A stretch of DNA of 64,000 nt, from the NCBI GenBank assembly GCA_964451165.1, contig CAYVGJ010000001.1, forward strand, positions 47,071 to 111,070. The letters run 5' to 3'. The notes below the pieces were generated by a model, which was given only the letters and a program-made list of their open reading frames with translations, did not search any database and was not told the origin of the DNA. This DNA comes from an uncultured bacterium. GTDB taxonomy: Bacteria > Auribacterota > Auribacteria > Auribacterales > Auribacteraceae. Below are positions 1-10,100 of this stretch, one piece after another. The position numbers and the translations under genes were made by a program. Numbering within the stretch: position 1 is the stretch's first letter; every line of letters begins with the position of its first letter.

Positions 1-172
1 TTATGATTGACCCGGTGTGTATTTCATCCGACAAATTCTTTATGGGAAGTACTGTCAGCTGAATTTTGTCTTCGGGAAGCGACTTGATTATTCTCGCTCC
101 ATCGATAGAAAAAACGTTTTGCGATCCGATAAGAATTAAAGATATCAGGCATCCCAATAGGAAACTTTTCAT
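1..172 (-). CDS. Partial CDS (runs off window start): exported protein with signal peptide, possibly CsgG/TolB-N-like
   Basis: Not in the ORF track. Manual translation from ATG at 172 gives MKSFLLGCLISLILIGSQNVFSIDGARIIKSLPEDKIQLTVLPIKNLSDEIHTGSII..., open to the edge. AAGGA SD 7 nt upstream; hydrophobic N-terminus; 'LTVLPIKNLS' resembles the 'AVLPFxN' strand motif. Confidence 0.6.
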   Translation of the reverse strand, partial: MKSFLLGCLISLILIGSQNVFSIDGARIIKSLPEDKIQLTVLPIKNLSDEIHTGSII

Positions 173-196
173 AAGGTGATCCTTTTTAAATGGTTA

Positions 197-1048
197 TCAG
201 GTAAAAATCTCAAGTAAATCCGTTAATTCCATTTCCGCTTCAATTTTCAGCCTTTTTTTATGTTGCTCATCTATGCCGGCTATACCCCATGCCTGTTCGT
301 TTACCGGTTGGAATACGTTGCCGGGACTGGAGCCGATCCCTATTTCCCAACAGAGGCTGTTGGCGATATGGATTATGGCAGTCTCTTTCGGGTAATTGGA
401 AGATAATTGCGGGGTATGATGATAGGCTACAATCTCCTCAAGCATCGGTGGAAAATCCCACATATCGGCAAGTACTTTGCCGATTTCAGCATGTGTGACA
501 TTAAATACTTCCTGTTCCGCATCATCCATGGATATATTGCGTTCTTTCATCATGGAAAATATTTTTGGCATATGGTCCCAGAGGCATTTTATCTCAACTA
601 CTTTGCCTATATCATGAATAAGACCGGCAACCAGAAGCGATTCGATATCCTCATATCCGCTCTTTTCTGCGATTTTTTTAGATATTGCCGCGCAAGCCGC
701 TGAATGTTTCCACAACTTGTTTACATCAAATAAGCCTTCGCTTTTTTTTCCGCATGATTTGAAAAAATCAAATGTTTTTGAAGCCAGAACGAGATTTTTT
801 ATTTCGCGAAACCCGACAATAACAATTGCCTGAGTTAAAGTGGTAATTTTGCGGGAATACCCATAGAAAGCGGCGTTTACAAGTTTAAGTATTCTTGTTG
901 TAAGTACCTGATCTTGTTCAACAAGCTCAGCTATATCTTTCGCGCAGGTTTTCGGGTTGGCAAGAGCTGAGTTCAGGTGTAGCAGAACCTGCGGGATAGT
1001 GGGTAATTCATCGATACGCCCTAATTCATTGACTATTTTTAAATACAT
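197..1048 (-). CDS. HDOD domain-containing signal transduction protein
   Basis: LPTIPQV, DQVLTTRILKLVNAAFYG, LWKHS, GLIHDIGK, HAEIG..LADMWDFP are the HDOD signature. Confidence 0.9.
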   Translation of the reverse strand: MYLKIVNELGRIDELPTIPQVLLHLNSALANPKTCAKDIAELVEQDQVLTTRILKLVNAAFYGYSRKITTLTQAIVIVGFREIKNLVLASKTFDFFKSCGKKSEGLFDVNKLWKHSAACAAISKKIAEKSGYEDIESLLVAGLIHDIGKVVEIKCLWDHMPKIFSMMKERNISMDDAEQEVFNVTHAEIGKVLADMWDFPPMLEEIVAYHHTPQLSSNYPKETAIIHIANSLCWEIGIGSSPGNVFQPVNEQAWGIAGIDEQHKKRLKIEAEMELTDLLEIFT

Positions 1049-1100
1049 AGAGATTCCCCGATAAAATAAATGATCTTAAGATCAATTAAGGAGGCAAAAA

Positions 1101-1961
1101 TCAATCCATGATGGCCATAAACGTAAAAATATTTTCCCGTTCGCCTGAAGTTTGTTCAATGAGCTGATCGATATTAGATTGGTTTAACGACAAGATAGAA
1201 GCCGCCAGAGGGTTTATTTCCGGTAGAATGCAATCGCCGCCGGACCCGATATTGTGACGTCTGCATATGCTGTCGGCCACACTCACAATTGCCGCCAACA
1301 TAAGATACTGAGGAGGACATTGTTCCAAATCGTGATGAAACTCTATCGGATACACAAGTTCAGGTGGGAATTTCCACCGGTCGGTAAGCAATCCGCCCAC
1401 TTCGCTGTGGGTTATTCCGAAAACTTTTTGTTCAGCCTCATATATGGAACAGCGGTTGACGGTAACTTCTTTCATTATATCCTCAAACTGAGTCGGATAA
1501 AAACTCTCAAAAAAAAGTTTTCCTACATCGTGGAGCAATCCGTTTAAAAAAGCGACTTCCACATCCACTTTATTTATTTGCCGGGCAATAAGTTTAGATA
1601 TTGTTCCCACACCGATTGAATGAATCCAGAACTGGCACCTGTCGAAATTGTAGTTACTGCGAATTTTCTTGAAAGTATCAAAAACCGAAGCGCTTATCGC
1701 CAGACTGCGGATAGTGTCGAAACCAAGTATATTAACGGCCTTAGGAATAGTGTTTACTTTTCTCAAATAACCGTAATAAGCGGAGTTGGCGAGTTTAAGT
1801 ATGCGGGAAGCTATCGACTGGTCTCTTGAAACAACTTTTGCCAGGTCATCTACAGTTGATTCGCTGTTTCCGCAGATTTCAATGACTTTTGATATCACCT
1901 GAGGCAGTGTCGGAAACTCCTCAACATTCATTATAGCAAGCATAATATCCTGTTTATTCAA
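1101..1961 (-). CDS. HDOD domain-containing signal transduction protein (tandem paralog)
   Basis: FPTLPQV, DQSIASRILKLANSAYYG, FWIHS, GLLHDVGK, HSEVG..LTDRWKFP. Confidence 0.9.
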   Translation of the reverse strand: MNKQDIMLAIMNVEEFPTLPQVISKVIEICGNSESTVDDLAKVVSRDQSIASRILKLANSAYYGYLRKVNTIPKAVNILGFDTIRSLAISASVFDTFKKIRSNYNFDRCQFWIHSIGVGTISKLIARQINKVDVEVAFLNGLLHDVGKLFFESFYPTQFEDIMKEVTVNRCSIYEAEQKVFGITHSEVGGLLTDRWKFPPELVYPIEFHHDLEQCPPQYLMLAAIVSVADSICRRHNIGSGGDCILPEINPLAASILSLNQSNIDQLIEQTSGERENIFTFMAIMD

Positions 1962-2040
1962 TAAAATATCCCCTGTTTTGTAGTATCAGTTTACACTGAT
2001 TATATAAAAATACAACAAAAAAAATTTTTCTACAAGCAGA

Positions 2041-2925
2041 TTATTTTTCACGCGGGGTTTTCCATCGTTTATGAAACCAAAACCAGAGATGAGGGTTTTT
2101 ATCGACCCATTTTTCCAAAACCTCATTGTATTTTTCCGTGTTAATTAGAATATCTTTTTGCCTGTCGGTTGATTTTTCCGTATAAACAGGGTCTTCAACG
2201 TATATTATATGTGTTCCGTCAGGTTGCCTCACGTTAAACGCCGGTATAACCTCGGCTCCGGTATGTAGAGCAAGTTGAGCGACCGCCGGTGTTGTATATG
2301 CCGAGCGCCCGAAAAAATCGACTTTTGCTCCCGACCTTCCGGCATACTGGTCGAATAAAATCGCCACCACTTTATTGGCGTAAAGTTCGCGCAGTATCTC
2401 TTTTGCGGCACCTTTTTTATTCAGGCTTTTAAGCCCCGTATACTGGCGCAGACGCTCGATATATTTATAAATATAAATGTTTTTCATCGGACGTCCCACA
2501 GCTGATATCGGATACCCGATAACACCTGCCATAATCGCCATAAGTTCCCAGTTGCCGTAATGGGATATCAGAAGAATAACGCCGTTACCTTTATCAAGCC
2601 CCTGCCACACTATTTCTTTGCGCTCAATTGTAACGTAAGATGAAAAATTCTTAACCATCCGTGGTATTCTTATGAATTCGATAAATACCATAACCAGATT
2701 CTGAAACGATTTTTTAGCGATTTGCTTTATCTCAGTTTCGCTTTTTTTACTGCGATAAGCGTTTCGCAAATTGTCGAGAGCAATATTGCGCCTGGATACC
2801 ATTAGACAATATCCGGCCGAGCCGAAAATTTTTCCTAACGCCAGCGCCGCTTTGTACGGCACGAGATTTACCGCCGCGCAGGTCGATCTAACGAAAAGAT
2901 AAATAATATATTGTGCAAATTTCAT
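2041..2925 (-). CDS. lpxL: Lipid A biosynthesis lauroyl/myristoyl acyltransferase (LpxL/HtrB family)
   Basis: HYGNWE, LFDQ, FFG, WFWFHKRWK motifs. Start moved from 3048 to the ATG at 2925 (MKFAQY), which overlaps the upstream TGA (TGATG coupling). Confidence 0.85.
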   Translation of the reverse strand: MKFAQYIIYLFVRSTCAAVNLVPYKAALALGKIFGSAGYCLMVSRRNIALDNLRNAYRSKKSETEIKQIAKKSFQNLVMVFIEFIRIPRMVKNFSSYVTIERKEIVWQGLDKGNGVILLISHYGNWELMAIMAGVIGYPISAVGRPMKNIYIYKYIERLRQYTGLKSLNKKGAAKEILRELYANKVVAILFDQYAGRSGAKVDFFGRSAYTTPAVAQLALHTGAEVIPAFNVRQPDGTHIIYVEDPVYTEKSTDRQKDILINTEKYNEVLEKWVDKNPHLWFWFHKRWKTPREK

Positions 2926-3866
2926 CAAACAGAAAACATATTGGTTTGTTTTTTTAGTTTTGGAGCAAGAAAATAAATCGTAAAAAGAAAAATACAGACA
3001 AGCAAAACCCATGTAAATACACCGCTTACGAGATTGCTTGAACCCCACAAAAAGATTTTATTCTCGACAGTTCGCGTAGCTACCATACCATCCATTTTTA
3101 TTATAAATACCCAACCCGCGTGAAGGCCGATAGCAAAATACAATGACCGCATAAAATAGTATCCGGCGGCAAGGCACATGCCGACTAAAAACAACCCTGT
3201 GCTCTCTGACAAAAAGTCAGGGCCGGCAAGCGGTTTTACCATCTGTCCGAGCGCGTAAAATCCGGATAGGATTGAATCGGGATTGACATTGATCTCTTTC
3301 GGCTTGAAAAAATGAAGGAGCGAATAGATAAAACTGCTGGCCCCAAGGCTAATGGGAAGAGAAAACACTTTTTTTAGCGATCCGAAAAGAATACCCCTGA
3401 ACAAAAACTCTTCAAGCACTCCGATTAAAGATGCCGAGAAAAAAGACTCAATCCCTTCAGCCAAAAATTTGTGCCAGGTGAAATTTGTCGTATAGAATTC
3501 CCTCGCGCCAAATAATATAGCAAGAGCCACATGGAGCGCCAGCGTTGCCGATCCGAAAATAAACGCGATAAAAAAAAGAGAGAAATCTTTTTTATCCGGT
3601 TTGAGGATATAAAAAACTTTTCCCGATGCGAAAATGAATTTACGAAATATAATCAGCGATAAAACGGTTAAAACGATGATGATTCTTGACAGTATCCTGT
3701 GGATCTCCGTATCGGCGATCGGTTTAAACAGATCGAATTGAGCGGCCAGATAATCAATCAGCCATTTTACAGGTGCCGCCAGGGCACAGCTTAAAAACAG
3801 AATAGAGAAAAATATCAGGAAAAAACCGGATATACGTTTAATCGTAGTATTGTTTATAGAACTCAT
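2925..3866 (-). CDS. CPBP (CAAX/Abi) family intramembrane glutamic endopeptidase
   Basis: Multi-TM protein with EEFLFRG, F..LH and H..W motifs. Confidence 0.85.
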   Translation of the reverse strand: MSSINNTTIKRISGFFLIFFSILFLSCALAAPVKWLIDYLAAQFDLFKPIADTEIHRILSRIIIVLTVLSLIIFRKFIFASGKVFYILKPDKKDFSLFFIAFIFGSATLALHVALAILFGAREFYTTNFTWHKFLAEGIESFFSASLIGVLEEFLFRGILFGSLKKVFSLPISLGASSFIYSLLHFFKPKEINVNPDSILSGFYALGQMVKPLAGPDFLSESTGLFLVGMCLAAGYYFMRSLYFAIGLHAGWVFIIKMDGMVATRTVENKIFLWGSSNLVSGVFTWVLLVCIFLFTIYFLAPKLKKQTNMFSV

Positions 3867-3892
3867 AAAATTAATATAACCTCTTGACTTTT

Positions 3893-5071
3893 TTAATGGA
3901 AACAGAGTTGGGATATACAGTTCTGGAAATCCTGCATGCCGTTTATAATATTCATGTTAACTTTCAGGTAATATATGGGTATTCCCCTCGTGGACGATAA
4001 TGCAGGAAACCGGACGGCGTCTTTTTGCGTGGTTATAAGAGCAGTTACGTTTTTTCGTGTTCCTTCCTTGAGAATATTTCGGATTTCCCTGACAGAAAAC
4101 CTGTGATGATCCTGAAACCTCTCTGATAACACAATATTCGCTCCGAGTTCCTGAAGCGTTTTTTCAAACCCTTCCGGATCGGCGATGCCCGAAACCATAG
4201 CGATTTTTTTGCCTTTTATGAACTGGAGTTCTCTGGGTGTTTCGTCAATCAGATTGACAAATTCTATCGGCACATGCTGGCATTCTATAAAATCTGCGTT
4301 GTAATTGTACTGGCGGATAAGCGATTTCAGGTCGGTCAGGTCTTTGCCGGGTTGTGATTTGGTTAACATGATAAGGTTAGCCCGTCTCAGGTTTTCTATA
4401 GGTTCGCGCAGTATTCCTGCAGGAAGTAATTTTTTGTTGCCGAACGGGTTTGTGGTATCCACAAGGAGCACGTCAAAGCGCGGGTTAAGCGGTAAATACT
4501 GGAACCCGTCATCGAGAATGATTGTATCGATACCGTACTTTTGAATAACATATTCGCCTGCAAGAACTCTGTCTTTATCAACAGCAACTACCACTCCGGG
4601 CAAATTTTTGGCAAGCATATAAGGTTCATCGCCCGCGAGAGACGAATTCAGGTAAATTTTTGTCCCGTCGGATACTACTTTGACCTGTTTATTGCGCCCT
4701 GTGAAAAGAAATATTTTTTTCATAAACCGTTTCAGGCGAAACCTGCTTGAAGCACGGTACCCACGGCTGATAACGGCAACCTTGCGTCCTTCTTTCTGGA
4801 GTGCCCGTGCGAAAATCTCAACAGCCGGAGTTTTCCCTGTACCGCCGACAGTTATGTTGCCGATACTCACAATCATGCATCCGAGGCTTTTTGTTCGCAG
4901 GAGATGCGATCTGTATAAGTACAGCCTGAACTGTACAAGCAGGCTGAATACATTTGACAATCCAATCAGGAAAAAGCGGACAACTGGTACGAGTTTTCCT
5001 TCTTTTTTGCCGTTTATTACACCCAGTACATAATCCTGTACCACATCTCCGAAATTTTGGATAAGACCCAT
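3893..5071 (-). CDS. lpxK: Tetraacyldisaccharide 4'-kinase
   Basis: SIGNITVGGTGKTP P-loop, SRGY, GDEP, LDDGFQ, LLPAG.LRE, F.DHH, TTQKDAVR. Confidence 0.95.
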   Translation of the reverse strand: MGLIQNFGDVVQDYVLGVINGKKEGKLVPVVRFFLIGLSNVFSLLVQFRLYLYRSHLLRTKSLGCMIVSIGNITVGGTGKTPAVEIFARALQKEGRKVAVISRGYRASSRFRLKRFMKKIFLFTGRNKQVKVVSDGTKIYLNSSLAGDEPYMLAKNLPGVVVAVDKDRVLAGEYVIQKYGIDTIILDDGFQYLPLNPRFDVLLVDTTNPFGNKKLLPAGILREPIENLRRANLIMLTKSQPGKDLTDLKSLIRQYNYNADFIECQHVPIEFVNLIDETPRELQFIKGKKIAMVSGIADPEGFEKTLQELGANIVLSERFQDHHRFSVREIRNILKEGTRKNVTALITTQKDAVRFPALSSTRGIPIYYLKVNMNIINGMQDFQNCISQLCFH

Positions 5072-5337
5072 ATCATATATTATCCTGAAATTAATGAATC
5101 CGTTTAAACAAGGTAATTTAAAATATAACCTGAAACTCAGGTATTATCCCATACAATTATTATGCGTGTCAATTGTTTGATTCATTTTTTAAAATATGGG
5201 GATTTTAAACGAAAAATATAATCGATTCAGGGCACTCGCATAACTTGTGTTATTTAATTAAGATTCCCGAGGCCTGATTTCGCGAAACTTCTTGTAATGA
5301 TATAGTAACTAAAGACTTTATCTGCGATCAACAATTA

Positions 5338-6666
5338 TTAATACTCGTAGACAAAACTAACATCGAAGAGGTTTCTTTCATACTCAAAAAAACGCTCGAT
5401 GTTTGCCTCGTTTTTGGTATACCTGTATGAAGTCTCTATACTGGCAGAACGGTTGAATGCGTATTTGCATTTCACACGGAATGAATAGAAATTCTCATCT
5501 CTTTCCGCGGTTGTGTTGTAAAACGAGCCGAAAAATGGATCGAAATAGCGGTTATGGTATTCCGCAAGCAAAAAACAGTATAATTTTTCAGTAAAAACGG
5601 GAGTGGCGAATTCGGAAAATATCCGGTTTTGGGTATAGTTCCAGTTTGTGCCTTCCGCTTCGTTGTTTGTAAAATCGTAACCGGTGTAAATATACATTTT
5701 TCTCGGAAGTTTTATTGTAGCGCGGATTCCGGATTCGGTTTGTACCGCGTCGCGGTTGAGTAAATTCTCATATTGCAGATTGTCCCGGTAAAAGAAGTTG
5801 TCGAAATCGGTTTGAGTGTAAATTGTCGCGTCAAGCCAGTTGGTTATATCGGTAGATACCCGGTAATGAATCCTGTGAGTTCGCGAAAACGATTCTCCAT
5901 TGAGAACATCGAACATAAACCTGTATTCAACACGATTGCTTAAATTGTGGCCGTAAAAGGGAATATCGAATGTAAAAAACGGGCCGAGATCATAACTGGT
6001 AAGGTTATACCTTTGCAGTTCGCTCTCCATGTGAAGGTTCTGGTAAAAAGAACTTATGATACCGCCGGTATAAGGTTTTTGTTTGATAGCGGTATATTCA
6101 AGCCATGTGTAGGTTACATATCTTGCGCTGTCTTCGTTTTCGTTGATGCCTTTGAGTTTTTGCGGTTGCAGAGTTACATTTGAATCATACTGAAATCCGT
6201 TTCTCAAGTAAAGTTTCAGGGGAGAGTATTTCTTACCCGTTTTGACGGTTTTAGATTCAAGGTTTATCGCTTTGTATTCGTAAATATCCGAAGGAAGATT
6301 GTTTTTAATATAATCGATCTCGTTTTTCGCTTTATCCCTGTTTCCGGAACGTAAATAAGCTTCAGCAAGGTAGTAACGGATACTGCTATTTTGCGGTACA
6401 ATAGATTTTGCCCGTTCAAGATACTCTATCGCCTTATCCGGTAAATTAAGACGAAGATAGCTCAACGCGAGATATTTAAGCGCATTAACATCGCGCGGGT
6501 TCTTCTCCAGTACCGATTCATATTTCGATATCGCCAGTGAATAATCTTTTTCCACAAAGGCGTTTGCCGCCTCATCCGATGATGTCTCTTTCGCGCTAAC
6601 GTATGAATTACAATTTAAGAGTATCATGAAAAGAAAAGCACTCCTAAAGAAAATCTTCATTCTCAT
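5338..6666 (-). CDS. TPR-containing outer-membrane beta-barrel protein (Slam/DUF560-like)
   Basis: Signal peptide, about three TPRs, then a GFQYDSNV barrel start, alternating aromatic beta-strands and a C-terminal aromatic (FDVSFVYEY) BAM-type signal. Confidence 0.7.
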   Translation of the reverse strand: MRMKIFFRSAFLFMILLNCNSYVSAKETSSDEAANAFVEKDYSLAISKYESVLEKNPRDVNALKYLALSYLRLNLPDKAIEYLERAKSIVPQNSSIRYYLAEAYLRSGNRDKAKNEIDYIKNNLPSDIYEYKAINLESKTVKTGKKYSPLKLYLRNGFQYDSNVTLQPQKLKGINENEDSARYVTYTWLEYTAIKQKPYTGGIISSFYQNLHMESELQRYNLTSYDLGPFFTFDIPFYGHNLSNRVEYRFMFDVLNGESFSRTHRIHYRVSTDITNWLDATIYTQTDFDNFFYRDNLQYENLLNRDAVQTESGIRATIKLPRKMYIYTGYDFTNNEAEGTNWNYTQNRIFSEFATPVFTEKLYCFLLAEYHNRYFDPFFGSFYNTTAERDENFYSFRVKCKYAFNRSASIETSYRYTKNEANIERFFEYERNLFDVSFVYEY

Positions 6667-6750
6667 AAACCTTTCTTTTAATAAGATTATTTACGGTAAA
6701 ATATTGCGTGAAACGGTATTCTTTTTTAATAAAAAAAGGAACATTTTAAA

Positions 6751-6779
6751 ATTATTAAGGATTTAATAACAGGTGTCAA
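6751..6779 (-). promoter_or_regulatory. Putative sigma-70 promoter of the TPR/beta-barrel gene
   Basis: Minus strand TTGACA (6779-6774), 17 bp, AATAAT (6756-6751). Confidence 0.4.
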
Positions 6780-6857
6780 TAAAAATCGAAATTGTTTTCT
6801 ATATGAAATTTATTTTCGCTTAGAAAAAATCGACCAGAACGCAAGGTTCCTGCATGC

Positions 6858-6886
6858 TTGTTAAAAGGCTTTGAATCTGGTATAAT
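6858..6886 (+). promoter_or_regulatory. Putative sigma-70 promoter (extended -10) of the giant-protein gene
   Basis: TTGTTA (6858-6863), 17 bp, TG-N-TATAAT (TATAAT 6881-6886); implies a leader of about 300 nt. Confidence 0.55.
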
Positions 6887-7195
6887 TATATTTAATGGGA
6901 ACCATGCGTAAATTGAGCATAATGTAAAAAGAAGCGGCAGTTAAATATTATAGGAAACTGTTTTAGTTTTTTTCGCGATTTATTGAAAAAGTTTTCAATA
7001 GTGTTTCGGTTTCTGTCGTTGATAAATAGAACTTATGATATTGAAAAAGGTTTTTACGGAGAAAATATAGCTTTTATCTGGATTGATAACATCTAAAATG
7101 TGTAACGAATAAAATCTAAATATATGTAAAATTCTTTAATAACGGAATTTATAGTGGGTAAAAGTATTAATAAATAATATAGGATGTCTGAATAA

Positions 7196-10100
7196 ATGAG
7201 AATAAGAAATTCGATTTACCGGAGATTAGTTTGTGCGTTTCTGGTTCAGTCGCTGGTTTTTATCCCGCAAGTACTGGTGCCGGCAATTGAGGTAGATGAG
7301 ATCTCAATACCGGAAAGTTATGGTGTGATTACCGAGAAACATCAGGGGCAAAAGGATAAACCCGTTGTTATCCATATAAGGGACGCGCACTGCAATACGC
7401 AAGCCCAGCAAAATATAGCCGCGATAATAAACTCGCTTGTAAATAACAACGATGTTTCTCTTGTCGGGTTGGAAGGCGCGCAGGGTGAAATTGATGTGGA
7501 GAATTTCACTTCGTTTCCCGTAGCTGAAGTAAGGCGTGATGTATCCGGCGCGTTTATGGCCACAGGCAACATTTCCGGAAGTGAGTATGCCCTGATAAAT
7601 TCCGATAAACCTTTTAAATTGCATGGAATAGAGTCATCGGGTCTGTACGCGAAAAACTATAACCTTTTTCTGAATTCGTTCAGGAAATCGGATCAATACA
7701 AATCGGCTTTTTTAACTTTGAAAGAATACCTTGGCTCTTTTGCGGATAAAATTTGCGGGGATAAGATATTAGGTGGATTCATATCGGCTAATTATTCTTA
7801 TCTGACAAAAAAAGAGAGCCTGACTTCATATTGCAAATATGTTGTATCGGTCGCCGGTGATGAAAAGATAGATTTAACCAGTTTTGAAAATATATCGTTA
7901 CTGAATAAAATCTCGGCGCTTGAAGAATCGTTTAATTTAAAAGACGTGGAGGTTCAGGCAGGTGAATCTTTCGATATGTTGTGTGATTTTGTGGAAGGCG
8001 AAGATAAAGAACAACTTCTGCAGATGAAAATAAAATATCAGCTCGGTCATTTGAGTAACCGCGAATATTATGATTACCTGAAAAAAATGATGGCCGAGAT
8101 TGAAGCCGATTTAGCAGAGTATCCGGATCTTGCTTCGTATATAGAATATTTAAACTGCGCCGGTAAACTGGATTTCAAATCCCTTGCGCTGGAATGTGAT
8201 AAACTCAGCGCGTCAATAATTGATAAACTTGCGGTTACGCAAACAGAAAAAACCATAGTTTCGCTTATGCGTAACCTTGCCATGCTTGAACTTACAGCGG
8301 AGTTGAGGTTAACTCACTCTGATTTCGAGTACATAAAAGAACATAAAGCGGAATTTACCGACCAGTATTTCTCTAAAAAAATCAAGGAACTATCGGAAGC
8401 GACAAAAAATCCGCTTTCTAAACCGCTGAACCTGACAATATTTGATACCGCGATTCCCGAATTCATATCTTTTTATGAGATAAGCAAACTCAGAGATGTG
8501 AATCTTGCCGATAACCTCATAGCGGAAATCGGGAAAGATAATGCCGACAGGGCCGCCGTAGTAACCGGCGGATTCCATACCGAAGGGATGACGGATTACC
8601 TTGCGAAAAAAGGTTATTCGTATATTGTGGTAAGCCCGAATATAACATCTGCTGGCAAAGATAATTACATGGAACGGATGTCGCGCGGTAAATCGCCTTT
8701 TGTTCAGTCGTTGTTGTCGAGTAATGCTCTGGCTGTAGAATCGCTTTTGCAGAAAACCGGAATGGTGTTGTCCGCGCAGGAACTCAGGGCATACCGCAAC
8801 GCGTTTAACGCGTATCTTCTGGCGTATTCTGCGAACAACATAAAAGACGCCGAGTTTTTCAGGCAGAACCTCAAAATATTTGAGGATTCGCTAACTTCCG
8901 ATGTAATAACCAAACTCAAACCTGTCATGGATCTTATCGAACAGGAACTTGGTTCTGTGGCAAGGGAATGGGCAGAAAAACATTTTGCCGACCTGTCAGA
9001 GTTTAAGGTGGAGAAGGTTACCAGCGATGAACTGATTATAGCTATGAACATAATGGACAAAAGGTACACAATAGACGTATCGAGAAAAGACATACAGGAC
9101 CTGAACCTCGAAGATACCGCGCTAAAACTCGCGAGTAACCTGAATATGGCTGTGGCGTCGATTTCAGAGATAGTGCCTGTTTCTGCTAAACTGCAGAATA
9201 TTGACGCCGCGTTAGTGGCATCGGCAAAAAATATCGCGTCGGTTGTTAAATCTCCGCAGGCTGATAATCATAGAAAATTGAAATCGCCTGAATTTATATC
9301 CATGTTATCGGGTAACATCGAATTTCAGAAGAAAATGTATCAGGTTTTAAGTGACCTGAAAATTTCGGAAATATGGATTGAGGAAGGAACTCCTTTTGAG
9401 GTGTTTGCGTCCATATTTGATTCGATTAACCGTTCTTCCTCAGATCCGTCGAGGCTTACATTGTCGAAAAAAATGGCGATACTCGACGATTTCTCATACG
9501 GGATTATGGTTACAACCGATTTATCAGGAGCGAACCAGCTTAATCTATACAGTGTGCCTGAACTTCTGGCGAAAAAATTCGGCAGAAAAGCGGAACTTGC
9601 CGATTTATCCGCCTCGGATCGTGAATTCAATAAGTCACTTGCGACTTATTTTGCAGGGTTGCCTGACGGGAAAAACGGGATCATCACATCCGTTGCCGGT
9701 TCGGATACACTCATGGTTCCCCAGATAGTCGATGAACTATCCGCCAGAGTGAAAACCGAATTCAGTGATAAAATCCGCGATGAAATCCGAGCTATTTTTA
9801 TAAACCGCAACGCCACTTCAATGAACAATCTTGAGAAATACACCCATATTTTTCAAACATCACTTAACGTTCGGGCTGAACTTACTTTGTTGTTTGTGGA
9901 AAGCGTTTCATCGTTACTTATAGCAAGCGGGAGTTTGTCGAAGAATGACGAAACTTCATTTAATCAGGTGTTGATGTATATTCTTATTAATTATGGTTAC
10001 GACAGAGCTCTTACAATATTTGATTTTCTCCATGGACAGAGTGCGCAAACGACACATAGAATACTCAACGATCAGCGGGTTCCAATCGGAAAAGATTTTA

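Noticed and set aside
2926-3048. 41-aa N-terminal extension of the lpxL ORF in the track
   Set aside because: It overlaps the CPBP gene; the ATG at 2925 coupled to the upstream TGA is the better start.
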